Below are positions 49,488-60,024 of a DNA stretch of 64,000 nucleotides, one piece after another. The stretch lies in the NCBI GenBank assembly GCA_038870975.1, contig JAVZJD010000001.1, positions 544,001 to 608,000 of the forward strand. The letters are read 5' to 3'. The stretch comes from Candidatus Bathyarchaeia archaeon (lineage in GTDB: Archaea; Thermoproteota; CALKCG01; B24). The notes under the pieces were generated by a model. It did no database searches and was not told where the DNA came from. It saw only the letters and a list, made by a program, of their open reading frames with translations. The position numbers and the translations under genes are program-made. Each line of letters begins with the position of its first letter. The stretch's first letter is position 1.

Positions 49488-51864
49488 ATGGAGTTAATCG
49501 ATATTTCCGATACAATCATTTTAACGCCGAGACATATTTCAAGGATAGAAGCTAAAAGCAATTGCCATTTTAGTCGAGGAAGTAGAGAAGAGAACTGGGC
49601 TCAAGCTTCCAGTAGTCCATCAATGGGATGGGGAAGATTTAACAGTCATACTGGTAAGCTCAGAGGAATCTTTAAAGAATCTAAATTTCCCATATCTTAA
49701 TCTTCTAGACGGATTGGAAAAGCCGGGTAAGGAAGGCTATAGGATTCTTGTGGAAAAACTGAAAAACCATCCAGTTATTTTTATTGTCGGAAGAGATGAA
49801 CGGGGAGTTCTTTATGGCGTTGGAAGATTCTTACGTAAACTCATATGGGGAAGGGGCTTCATTAAAATACATTATGGCTTAAAGATCTCCAGTACACCAG
49901 CATTCCCTCTAAGGGGGCATCAGTTAGGCTACAGACCTAAGAGCAACACTTACGACGCGTGGTCTATTGAACAGTTTGACCAGTATATACGTGAACTGAC
50001 ATTCTTTGGAGCGAACGCGATTGAAATAGTTCCACCTAGAACAGACGACGAGCCAATAAACTCTCTCATGAATATTCCACCTTTAGAAATGATGGCGAAG
50101 CTGTCTCAAATAATCGACTCATATGGGCTAGATGTATGGATTTGGTATCCCAATATGTTCTCTGACTCAGAAATCGTAAACGAAGAAAACATGAAGAGGG
50201 AGCTGACTGAACGTGAAGAGATCTTCAGTAGACTACCTCGAATAGATGCGGTTTTCATTCCAGGTGGAGACCCTGGAATACTGAAAGCCGATGAATTATT
50301 CCAATGGGCTGAGAAGGTGGCAGCCATACTACGTAAATACCATCCAAATGCCAAAATTTGGCTATCTCCCCAGTTTCCAGAAACACCTTCAGACAGTTGG
50401 TATGCTGAATTCTACAAGAACGTTAAAAGAAGACCCGATTGGTTGGGTGGAATAGTTTTCGGACCTAGGGTAAAAACTCCACTACCAGAATTACGTAGAA
50501 TAATCCCCGATGAGTACCCCATCCGTCATTATCCAGATATTACCCATTCTATTAGATGTCAATACCCTGTTCCAAACTGGGATGTGGCCTTCGCCATAAC
50601 CCTAGGACGTGAGTGTATTAATCCGAGGCCTAAAGCTGAAAAACATATTCACAATCTATTTGCACCATATACGATTGGAAGCATAAGCTATTCGGAAGGC
50701 GTTAACGACGATGTAAATAAATTCATATGGAGCGATCAAGACTGGAACCCAAATACACCTGTAATAGAAACATTGAGAGATTATGTTCGAGTATTTATCA
50801 GTAGCGAGTGGGCAGATGAAATAGCCCACTGTATTATGGCTTTAGAGGATAATTGGATTGGCCCAGCTATAGCTAATGACAGTATAGAAGTAACTTTAAG
50901 ACAGTGGCAAGAGCTGGAGAAGAAAGTTCCTCAGGAGGTTTTAGAGAACTGGCGTTTTCAGATGGGACTACTTAGAGCATACTATGATGCTTATGTTAGG
51001 AGGAGGTTAATTTATGAGACAGAATTAGAAGAAGAGGCCATTGAACGGCTGGAATCTGCTAATTCAATAGGCTCACTAAGAGCAATAGAAGAGGCTGAAA
51101 AAATATTGAGAAAAGCTCAAACAGAACCTGTAGCCGTAGAATATCGAAAGAGGTGCGAAGAACTAGCTGATAAACTCTTCAAAAACATTGGACTACAACT
51201 TTCAGTAAAAAGGCATCAAGCTGCAAATTGGGAGCGGGGGGCATTTATGGACGATATTGACATGCCGCTAAACAACATGAATTGGTTGTTAGCTCAATTC
51301 CAAATAGTACGTAAAATGGAAGACGAAGATCAAAGACTGAAGGCAATAGATAGGATCATAAACAGGGTGAACCCTGGCCCTGGAGGGTTCTATGAAAATT
51401 TCGGAAGTTATGTAAGCATAAACCGCTTATTTGAAGCCAATGATTGGAGGAAAGACCCAGGATTCATATCATCTAGAGGCATAACGTTTGCCACGCCCTT
51501 ACTTCACTTAGAAGGGAAGCGATTTAAATATGACGGTGTTCCATTAGCTTGGGTTAATAAGATCTTCTCACCTTATCAGCATCCCCTAACTATTTCCTAT
51601 GACGGTTTAGACCCAACGGCATCTTACAGAATCAGAATAACATACGTAGGCTTTTCTGGAGATGAAGTGAAATTATTGGCCGATGAAAAATACATTATAC
51701 ACGATTTCATCAACATTACTGGTAAATGTATAACCATAGAGTGCTCCATCCCCCAGGAAGCAACCATCGGTGGAAAATTGAATTTAACTTGGATTGCAAA
51801 AGAGGGAAGTCGAGGAGTGAGTGTAGCTGAACTCTGGATAATGAAAACAAGAAATATCGATTAG
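49488..51864 (+). CDS. Large putative glycosidase (GH20/GH67-like N-terminal domain) with a 1-nt frameshift near the 5' end
   Basis: MELIDISD...IEAK joins AIAILVEEVEKRTG...EGYRI...GRDERGVLYGVGRFLR if one A is removed at 49554-49557. Confidence 0.7.
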
Positions 51865-51911
51865 CCTTTTTTAAACTGAAAATACGCTATATTCTTTATT
51901 TATGAATATTA

Positions 51912-52772
51912 TTACTCAGTCGGCTTCAGTATCTTACGGATTATCTCCTCCATTTCTTTTGTATCGAATACTTTCCTCCAATCTGGTTTTAAAATCCTAT
52001 CGCAACCATATCTTATGGCATTCTCAGCAGCTTTAGAGATTTTATGAGAGGATTCTTCGAATAAAACAGCCAGTAAAATTCTAATATGCCCGAGTAAAAA
52101 CGCCCGAGCTGCTTCTTCTGAGACGCCGTGTTTCACAACCTCATTAAACGCTTCCCTCATAAGATAGGATGCTGCTCCTATAATAACTTCTGAGGCTATT
52201 GGTTCAAGGATAGCCATTTCATCGACGGTTAACCTGTAACAGTTAACCACTGGTGCAAATATTTCCCTACAGATTCTCTCAGCGATCTTAAAATTTTCCT
52301 CTCTCCCATGCAGTAAAGCTATCACTATATCCTGTTTAGCGACCCCCCCAAAGAAGTCTCTATATGCTTCTGCCGACTCCTGATCTTGGAAAAGTTGAGG
52401 ATGGCACGGATGTGCTATGACGAAGCTACAGTCATCCCTTAAATATACATCCCCTATATACGCGGCCGCAGCATCCAGTAGAATCATAGTGGCATTTCTT
52501 TTCATCAGTGGAACAATTATTCTAGATAAATCACTTATCTTATCATCTGGAACAGTCATGATGACTACATCGCTTATCGGAACCGCTTTCTCCATTTCAA
52601 CGGCTTTAAACCCTTTTTTCTGAAGCCTGATAAGTCCTTCGTCTTTTTCACATAGAAGAACATTATAGTCTCCCTTAAGTAGTCTGTCTGTAATATAGCT
52701 ACCAGCCGTTCCCCCAGCACCTATAATTGTAACGGTTAGTTTCCCTCGGCTCTCTCCCAATTCAGCTTTCAT
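51912..52772 (-). CDS. apnO: D-apionate oxidoisomerase-like protein
   Basis: GAGG, VPD, LDAAA, AHPCHP, DFFGG.AKQ, YRLTVDEMAILEP match the ApnO/PGDH_C family. Confidence 0.8.
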   Translation of the reverse strand: MKAELGESRGKLTVTIIGAGGTAGSYITDRLLKGDYNVLLCEKDEGLIRLQKKGFKAVEMEKAVPISDVVIMTVPDDKISDLSRIIVPLMKRNATMILLDAAAAYIGDVYLRDDCSFVIAHPCHPQLFQDQESAEAYRDFFGGVAKQDIVIALLHGREENFKIAERICREIFAPVVNCYRLTVDEMAILEPIASEVIIGAASYLMREAFNEVVKHGVSEEAARAFLLGHIRILLAVLFEESSHKISKAAENAIRYGCDRILKPDWRKVFDTKEMEEIIRKILKPTE

Positions 52773-53584
52773 TCCAGCATCCTCCTCTTTAAATACTCAA
52801 TACTTCTAATAGCCCACTCTTCTTCTTTTAATATTGTTTTTTCTATTGACCCTAGAAACGGTACCCACAATTCTACTATTACATTTGGCGTTCTCCCTTT
52901 ACGTTTCAAAACTTTAAAAAGCCAATCGACGTTCAGTTTCCCCCCACCTACAGGACGGCCGACCACTTTAAACCCCATTCTATGTTTAACTCTTAATATG
53001 TCGAAATCCTTTAGGTGTAGATTTATCGTGAAAGATGCAAGCCTGTTTACAACCTCCTCTAAACCTTCTAGAGCACCGAACGAATTGACCGTATCTAGAC
53101 AAACTCCAACATAAGAGCTGCCTAGCCTCTTCACGAGAAGGGCCAGTTCTTTTGATTTAAATTGTTCATAGTTTTCTAAGGCTATGTAAACACCGTCCTT
53201 TTCAAACAGGGGAAGAACAGGTTTAATCTGTGTTATCATCTTATTTAAACTCGGTTTTTCACCAGGGACTTCAAATACCGTTCGAAGCAATTTCGCATTC
53301 AACTTTTTCGCTATCCTTAGATACGTTAGTAGGTTTTCAGGCTCAATTCCACGTGTACCAACTTCAATTTTAATCCCCATATCAAAGGCAATTTTTGAAA
53401 GATCGTTCAGTGCTTCATCTTCCATCCTATGTAGGGGGAAATTGTCACATATTTGAACAACATTAACCCCTAAAGATTCAGCTTTCTCCAGTAATCTTAT
53501 AGCGTTTAAGGGAGTTTTAAGTTGAGGATATCCTTGAACACCGAAAGCCCATGGAAAAGTATAGGAACTTATACCCAATTCCAT
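52769..53584 (-). CDS. Xylose-isomerase-like TIM barrel, candidate 3-oxo-isoapionate decarboxylase
   Basis: SSYTFPW, VVQICD, IEVGTRG, LENYE, CLDTVN, HLKDF; overlaps the apnO start. Confidence 0.7.
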   Translation of the reverse strand: MELGISSYTFPWAFGVQGYPQLKTPLNAIRLLEKAESLGVNVVQICDNFPLHRMEDEALNDLSKIAFDMGIKIEVGTRGIEPENLLTYLRIAKKLNAKLLRTVFEVPGEKPSLNKMITQIKPVLPLFEKDGVYIALENYEQFKSKELALLVKRLGSSYVGVCLDTVNSFGALEGLEEVVNRLASFTINLHLKDFDILRVKHRMGFKVVGRPVGGGKLNVDWLFKVLKRKGRTPNVIVELWVPFLGSIEKTILKEEEWAIRSIEYLKRRMLE

Positions 53585-53678
53585 TTATACAGCCTCCGTT
53601 GCATTCTACAATTAAATTTCAACGCTGGTTAAATTTAATAATTAACCGATGAAGATTCTGGTTTAAAGAGGTGGTGAT

Positions 53679-54680
53679 TTGAACTCTTTAACTATCGGTT
53701 ATAAAACCTGCCATGAACAGTATCAACCCGATAAACTTCTAGCACACGCCGTTTTAGCTGAAGAATACGGTTTTGAAACACTTTGGACAAGCGACCATTT
53801 CCACCCGTGGGCTCATACTGGAGCAGCCGGAGGTTTTGCCTGGACGTGGATAGCTTCAGCTGCTGAGAGAACGAAAAAGATTAAAATTGGAACGGCTGTA
53901 ACTGCGCCTATTCTTAGGTATCATCCGGCAATCGTTGCTCAAGCTTTTGCAACTCTCGCCTATATGTATCCCGATAGAATATTTCTCGGGCTTGGTGCAG
54001 GTGAGGCGTTAAATGAATCTCCCTTGGGGTATGTTTGGCCTACTCCAAAACAGCGTGTTGAAATGCTTGAAGAAGCGATAGTCATTATTAAGAAACTGTG
54101 GAGCGGAAAATTCATAACCTTTAGAGGAAAATACTATAGGTTGAAGAAGGCGAAACTATACACTACGCCAGTAAGGCCCATAAAAATTTACGTAGCTGCT
54201 GGTGGACCTAAAGTTGCAGAATTAGCTGGGAGACATGCCGATGGAATCCTTACAGGTCCTGGAGGATTGAAGATTTTTAGAGAGCTATTTCACGCTTTTG
54301 AAGAAGGGGCGAAGAAGGTTGGTAGAAAACCTGAGCTATTAGAAAAGGTGGTGGAACTCCTAGTCTCATACGATGAAGACTACGAGAAAGCGTTAAAATC
54401 GTGTAGATTCTGGAGAGGGTCTATGTTACCTCTCTTCTTTAAATATGATATATCTGATCCTAGAGAAATAGAAGAGCATGGAAAACTCGTCGGAGATGAA
54501 GCATTGGCTGAAAGATGGATAATTGCAACGACGGCAGATGAACATATTGAAGTAATAGAGAAGTACGTTAAAGCGGGTTTTAACCATATATACTTTGTAA
54601 GTTCAAGCCCAGATGAGAAAAAGTTCATAAAATTCTACGGAGAGAAGGTTCTACCATATTTTAGACAATATTCAAAATAA
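53679..54680 (+). CDS. F420-dependent LLM oxidoreductase (G6PDH-like)
   Basis: HEQY.P, SDHFHPW, RYHPAIVAQAFATL, GAGEALNE. Confidence 0.9.
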   Translation: MNSLTIGYKTCHEQYQPDKLLAHAVLAEEYGFETLWTSDHFHPWAHTGAAGGFAWTWIASAAERTKKIKIGTAVTAPILRYHPAIVAQAFATLAYMYPDRIFLGLGAGEALNESPLGYVWPTPKQRVEMLEEAIVIIKKLWSGKFITFRGKYYRLKKAKLYTTPVRPIKIYVAAGGPKVAELAGRHADGILTGPGGLKIFRELFHAFEEGAKKVGRKPELLEKVVELLVSYDEDYEKALKSCRFWRGSMLPLFFKYDISDPREIEEHGKLVGDEALAERWIIATTADEHIEVIEKYVKAGFNHIYFVSSSPDEKKFIKFYGEKVLPYFRQYSK

Positions 54681-54880
54681 CCATCGTTTTCAATTTGACA
54701 TCCATATTAGAAGGCGTTGAAAAATATCCATAGACAAGTGAAACTTGCCACTTCTCCTATTATTATGCTTAAAATAAAAATACTTCATAATTTTATATTG
54801 AAGAGTACATTTCTCTTAAAACTAATAGCTATCCAGTAAAATTATACGTCTTAGAAACACATTTAACAGATGGTGTTAGT

Positions 54881-56197
54881 TTGCCAGAAGAAAGTATGGT
54901 GAAAGTGGTTCCAGAGGAGATTGACGATCTACTAGCGAATCCTGATATGGGTTGGCAGACCTTCCACTGTTTCGCCGACGAAGATGAGACCTTAGAAGGG
55001 TTGCCAAGTACTTCAGCCTACTTCAGATTCTACTGGGCTGAAATCGAGCCAACTGAAGGCGAAATAGACTATCCAAAGTTTGACTATCTGTTATCACGTG
55101 CAAGAAAAGCTGGTCAAAAACTAGCCTTTCGCATTATGTGCGCTGGAACTGGAAGTAGTTATATGTATGTTCCACGTTGGCTGAAAGATAAAGGTTGTAG
55201 AGGTTTTGAGTATCAATACCGGGAAGGGAGCAGTTTAAAGTACTGGATACCGGACATGGATGACCCGATTTTTCAAGATGCACATTTTAGACTACTCGAA
55301 GAACTTGGAAGACGATATGACGGACATCCAGACTTAGGTCTCGTAGACATAGGCTCTGTTGGACTCTGGGGTGAGTGGCATATGAGCGGTACAGGCTTAA
55401 GCCTTCCCAGTCTCAAAACGCGTTTTGCTGTAATTGATACATATTGTGAAGCATTCCCAAAAACGCCTAAACTCATTAATATAGATGATGAAGACGGTAT
55501 GAGGTATGCTATACGTAAAGGCTGTGGTTGGCGTGCCGACTGTCTAGGCGACATGGGTGGCTTCTCGAAGAATTGGAACCATATGGAGCATTTCTACCCG
55601 CAACAGATTAGTAAGACTGGTGCTGAAGAAGCTTGGAAGATAATGCCAGTTGCTTTCGAAAGTTGCTGGGATATGAGAAAATGGAAGCAAGAAGGCTGGG
55701 ACATACACTACATTTTCGATTATGCTCTTAAATACCATGTCAGCTACTTTAACAATAAATCTACACCAATCCCTGTAAATACAAGACAAGAAGTTGAATA
55801 CTTTCTCAGAAGAATTGGCTATCGTCTTGTTCTAAGGGAACTTGAGAATAGTAGAGCTATAACGCCGGATTCACCGCTTTTAATTCACATGATTTGGGAG
55901 AACGTTGGCGTTGCACCACCATACAGAGATAGTTTACTCGCCTTTCGGTTAAAGAGCTTAGAGAGTAGAGAGGTGAAAGTATTCATAAGTCAAACATCGA
56001 TAAAAGGCTGGATGCCAGGTAGAATAGAGGTGACTACGTGGCTTAGGGTTTCTGATGATCTTAAACCTGGACCGTATGAATTAGCGATCGCTATTGTAGA
56101 CCCGGAGCTTAAGATTCCAACCATAAGAGTAGCTATAGCTGGACGCGCTGAAGATGGATGGTATCCTCTAAGTCGAGTTGAAGTAGAGAGTAGATAA
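54881..56197 (+). CDS. DUF4832-containing glycoside hydrolase-like protein
   Basis: NPDMGW, W.EIEP.EG, GLWGEWH, IGYRL, WENVGVAPPY. Confidence 0.78.
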   Translation: MPEESMVKVVPEEIDDLLANPDMGWQTFHCFADEDETLEGLPSTSAYFRFYWAEIEPTEGEIDYPKFDYLLSRARKAGQKLAFRIMCAGTGSSYMYVPRWLKDKGCRGFEYQYREGSSLKYWIPDMDDPIFQDAHFRLLEELGRRYDGHPDLGLVDIGSVGLWGEWHMSGTGLSLPSLKTRFAVIDTYCEAFPKTPKLINIDDEDGMRYAIRKGCGWRADCLGDMGGFSKNWNHMEHFYPQQISKTGAEEAWKIMPVAFESCWDMRKWKQEGWDIHYIFDYALKYHVSYFNNKSTPIPVNTRQEVEYFLRRIGYRLVLRELENSRAITPDSPLLIHMIWENVGVAPPYRDSLLAFRLKSLESREVKVFISQTSIKGWMPGRIEVTTWLRVSDDLKPGPYELAIAIVDPELKIPTIRVAIAGRAEDGWYPLSRVEVESR

Positions 56198-56272
56198 AGT
56201 AAAAGTTTCCTGGAATCCTTCTAAGTTAGACATAAAACCAGCAGTTTAAAAATCTACTTAAATGTTAAGGTT

Positions 56273-57427
56273 TTACTTTTTATGAACAGCTTGGAAAATG
56301 GTCACGGTAAGGCTTATGAATAAGCCTAGAATGTATGGAGCATTCGGCGCATATTCCGATACAAAACCTCCTGTTAATGAGCCTAGGAAATATCCTATAC
56401 CTATGAGGCTTTCGAACAGCCCACCAGCGTAACCTTTCTTAGAACCCCAGTCTTTAAGAAGGGTTGCTATTGAAGACGCATAGAGTACTCCTGCTCCAAA
56501 GCCGAAGAGTGCAAAAGATATGGCAAACATCGAGGCCGTAGAGCCGACTGCTGTTAAAGCTGAAGCAAATGCCATTATTAGCGAGCCAGTTAAAAACATG
56601 AAATGTCTACCGAATTTAGCCTCAATCTTATAAGTTTCAAGGAAGGCTATGAGTCTGAATAGCCCATTAATCAACATTATCAAGCCGACAGTATAAGCGG
56701 GAATTCCTAGGTTGACTGCGTACGCTGGAAAGAGGTTGAATATTATCCCACCGATTGAGGAGAATAGAATTATCTCTATTACAGCTCCAACTATTGAAAC
56801 TCTATTGTTTCCATTTGCTGAAGAGACTTCACTATGTTCAACTAGCCTTTCACCTTTTAACTGCTCTTCAATTAAAATAACCGATAGTAGAGCTAGTATA
56901 AGTGAAGTGGCTGAAGATGCTATGAAAGGCGTTCTAATTCCAAGAGCACTAATCAATGAGCCCCCTATCATAGGTCCTACGATAGTTGCAGAACCCCATG
57001 AAAGGTTGAATCTTCTAAGTGTCTCCTCGATATTTACTTCCGAGACTTCCGTTAGAAGAGCTTCCACGGATGGCCAGAATAGCGCTACTGAGACCCATTC
57101 TAAAGCTTTAATGGGAATAAGCATGTAGGGATCTTCCACTATGCCATATGCTACACAAGATAAACAGTATAGGAAGGTAGAAGTAAGAATGAAGGTTTTC
57201 CTTTTAAATTTATCGGAGAGAATACCTGAGACAAGAGGCATGAAGGAGTATATCAATCCTCCAGTGGCTCCTATAAATCCCAGTAGTAGCGGTGAAGCCT
57301 CCAGTTCCGCTGCATATATAGGTACGGTTATTCCAACAATTCCAGTAAGCATCTGCATTAGAAAAGCCGAGGCCAATAGAAAGCTTGAAGTAAGGCTTTT
57401 GCCGCGTTTTATGCTCTCCATATCCAC
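56273..57427 (-). CDS. MFS transporter
   Basis: GILSDKFKRK; about 12 TMs. Confidence 0.9.
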   Translation of the reverse strand: MDMESIKRGKSLTSSFLLASAFLMQMLTGIVGITVPIYAAELEASPLLLGFIGATGGLIYSFMPLVSGILSDKFKRKTFILTSTFLYCLSCVAYGIVEDPYMLIPIKALEWVSVALFWPSVEALLTEVSEVNIEETLRRFNLSWGSATIVGPMIGGSLISALGIRTPFIASSATSLILALLSVILIEEQLKGERLVEHSEVSSANGNNRVSIVGAVIEIILFSSIGGIIFNLFPAYAVNLGIPAYTVGLIMLINGLFRLIAFLETYKIEAKFGRHFMFLTGSLIMAFASALTAVGSTASMFAISFALFGFGAGVLYASSIATLLKDWGSKKGYAGGLFESLIGIGYFLGSLTGGFVSEYAPNAPYILGLFISLTVTIFQAVHKK

Positions 57428-57588
57428 TTAGAAAACTCACATTTAAGTACTTACAATATAAATTTATTGTTTAACTTTTACCTGCACCTTCTGAATACCA
57501 TTGCCCTACTAAATGTCTTCACGTGGTTTAAACCATATGCTCTAACTTTTAAATACCATTGGAGATTGCTATTATCACTAGATGACCG

Positions 57589-58746
57589 ATGATTTCAAGA
57601 GATAGAATGATGACTACCATAAACTGTGAAGAGCCTGATCGTGTGCCAGTATATCTTAGACTTTTTGAAAGAAGCTTCTTGATAGACGAGGGCATTGTTT
57701 GGAGAAACCAGTTTGAGAGGGCTAAGATACTTTTACATCTAGACCTTGATGACGCATTGAGTCTTCATGCTCCACTTACGATAAGTTCTGATGTAGACGT
57801 TAAGGTTATTAAAAAGTCTGAGGATGGCGAGAAATATCCGTTGATAGTTAAAGAATATCACACTTCTAGAGGTGTGTTAAAACAAGTTGTAAGAATGACG
57901 AGAGATTGGCCACACGGAGAGGATATTCCAACATTTGATGATTATATCGTTCCAAGGGCTAGGACTAAGAAGTACCTAGTAGAGAGAGAAGAAGACTTAG
58001 ATGCATTATCCGTTTTATTCGCTAGGCCAAGTGGTTTAAAACTTGAAAGCTTTCTAAAAGAGGCTGAGAAGGTTGGAGAGTTTGCTGAAGTAAATGGAGT
58101 TTTAGTAGAGGGCTGGGGACCTATGGGTGGTGACGCCGCAGTATGGCTCTGTGGAATAGAGAAGACTATTAAATGGGCATTCGAAGAGCCTAAACTTATG
58201 GATAGGCTTCTTAAAATAGTGCTAGAGTGGGATCTACAGAGTATAGAACTGCTTTCGAGGACTAAGTGCGTAGATTTAATCGTCCACAGGGGCTGGTATG
58301 AGAATACACACTTCTGGCCTCCAAGACTTTACAGAAAATTCATAGCTCCAATGCTTAAAAAGGAGGCTGAAGAAACTCATAAAAGAGGGTTGAAATTCGG
58401 CTATATCGTAACTACAGGTATTATGCATATTCTTAACGATATTGTAGATTGTGGGGTAGATCTTCTACTAGGTGTCGACCCAATTCAGGACCACGTGGAT
58501 CTAAACGTTGTAAAGGAGAGACTTGACGGGAGAGTATGTATATGGGGCGGTGTAAATTCAGCTGTTACACTTAGATCATCGAGTGAAATTATTGGGAAAG
58601 CTGTAAAGGAGGCTATTGGGAAACTGGCTCCGGGGGGAGGTTTTATTCTCGGGCCAGTAGATGCCGTATTTAAGGATACTCCACCCCAAGGCTTGAAAGC
58701 TTTTATAGATGCTTGGCGTAGAATACATTCATATCCATACCGTTAG
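57589..58746 (+). CDS. Uroporphyrinogen decarboxylase/MtaA-like family protein
   Basis: EEPDRVPV, IWGGVN, PGGGFILG. Confidence 0.85.
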   Translation: MISRDRMMTTINCEEPDRVPVYLRLFERSFLIDEGIVWRNQFERAKILLHLDLDDALSLHAPLTISSDVDVKVIKKSEDGEKYPLIVKEYHTSRGVLKQVVRMTRDWPHGEDIPTFDDYIVPRARTKKYLVEREEDLDALSVLFARPSGLKLESFLKEAEKVGEFAEVNGVLVEGWGPMGGDAAVWLCGIEKTIKWAFEEPKLMDRLLKIVLEWDLQSIELLSRTKCVDLIVHRGWYENTHFWPPRLYRKFIAPMLKKEAEETHKRGLKFGYIVTTGIMHILNDIVDCGVDLLLGVDPIQDHVDLNVVKERLDGRVCIWGGVNSAVTLRSSSEIIGKAVKEAIGKLAPGGGFILGPVDAVFKDTPPQGLKAFIDAWRRIHSYPYR

Positions 58747-58824
58747 TTTCAGATACCGACGTGTTTTAACTTACGTAGAGAAAAAATTAAAGACTGTCTT
58801 CACAAGACAAGTGTCTGTGAAAAT

Positions 58825-59901
58825 ATGCCTACGAGAAGTCCTTCAATATCATGGAGGGAGAACTACCTTAGGACTGTTGAGTTTAGAGAGCCTGAGTATA
58901 TACCATGCCGTATAACAGTTATGTGGCCTCTATGGAATACTTATAGGGAGAAGCTTGAGGAGGTCGCGTTAAGACATCCACTTGTTTTCCCAGGGTTTAA
59001 ACCTGGAGGTGTAAAGTACGGTGTTAAACCCGGCGTTTTAAGAGCCGACCGAAAGGTTAAAGACCCCTTCGGATGCATCTGGAGTTTCAATATAGAGGGG
59101 TTTCAAGGCCAAGTTATACAGCATCCATTGGAAAGTTGGGAGAATTTTAGAGATTATGAAATGCCCGATCCAGAGGATGGAGTCCCCGTTGAGGGCGCTG
59201 AAAAACCCATTCCATGGAATGAAGTATTTTCAAGTTTAGATAAAGCTAGGGCTGAGGGCAATCTAATAACTGCAGGTATGCCCCACGGTTTCTTCTTCCA
59301 GAGACTCTACTACCTTAGGGGGTTTACAAACCTCCTGAGGGATTTCATCCAGAAGCCTCCTCAGATTTACGAATTGATATATAGACTCACAGAATTCAAC
59401 CTCAAACTTGTAGATAAGTTTCTAGAGTACGGCAAGATAGATGTGATCTATTTTGGAGACGACCTTGGTACACAAACCAGAATGCCTATAAGCCCTAGAA
59501 CATTTAGAGAGTTCATATTTCCAAGCTATGCTAAAATATTTCAGAAGATAAGAAGCCGAGGCATTCACGTATATTTGCATACAGATGGACATGTCGTCGA
59601 GGTTTTAAACCAGCTTATGGAGGCTGGTGCCGACATCTTAAACATTCAAGATAGAGTAAACGGCTTAGACAACATAGCTTCCATATGTAAAGGCAAGATT
59701 TGCATAGATCTAGACATAGATAGACAATATCTAGTGCCATTTGGGAAGAGTGAAGACATTAAAAGCTACATCAAACGTATTGTTAAACTTCTCGCTTTAA
59801 AGACGGGTGGATTGATGCTTGAAGCCGAGATACACCCTCCGACACCGTTAGAGAATATAGAGGCTGTAGCTAGTGCTATGGAGACATACATGTGGCTTTA
59901 G
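58825..59901 (+). CDS. Uroporphyrinogen decarboxylase/MtaA-like family protein
   Basis: LRGF.N, GDDLGTQ, ISP..FRE, HTDG, TPLENI. Confidence 0.88.
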   Translation: MPTRSPSISWRENYLRTVEFREPEYIPCRITVMWPLWNTYREKLEEVALRHPLVFPGFKPGGVKYGVKPGVLRADRKVKDPFGCIWSFNIEGFQGQVIQHPLESWENFRDYEMPDPEDGVPVEGAEKPIPWNEVFSSLDKARAEGNLITAGMPHGFFFQRLYYLRGFTNLLRDFIQKPPQIYELIYRLTEFNLKLVDKFLEYGKIDVIYFGDDLGTQTRMPISPRTFREFIFPSYAKIFQKIRSRGIHVYLHTDGHVVEVLNQLMEAGADILNIQDRVNGLDNIASICKGKICIDLDIDRQYLVPFGKSEDIKSYIKRIVKLLALKTGGLMLEAEIHPPTPLENIEAVASAMETYMWL

Positions 59902-60024
59902 ACTCAGCATAGTTATACAAGCATCGTGGATCGGACAATAGATGAAACCTCAATGTTAATAGTCACACAATTTTGAGAATATTTAAATAGCTTGGAATAC
60001 CGTGTCTGAAAGAGGTATACGTAC

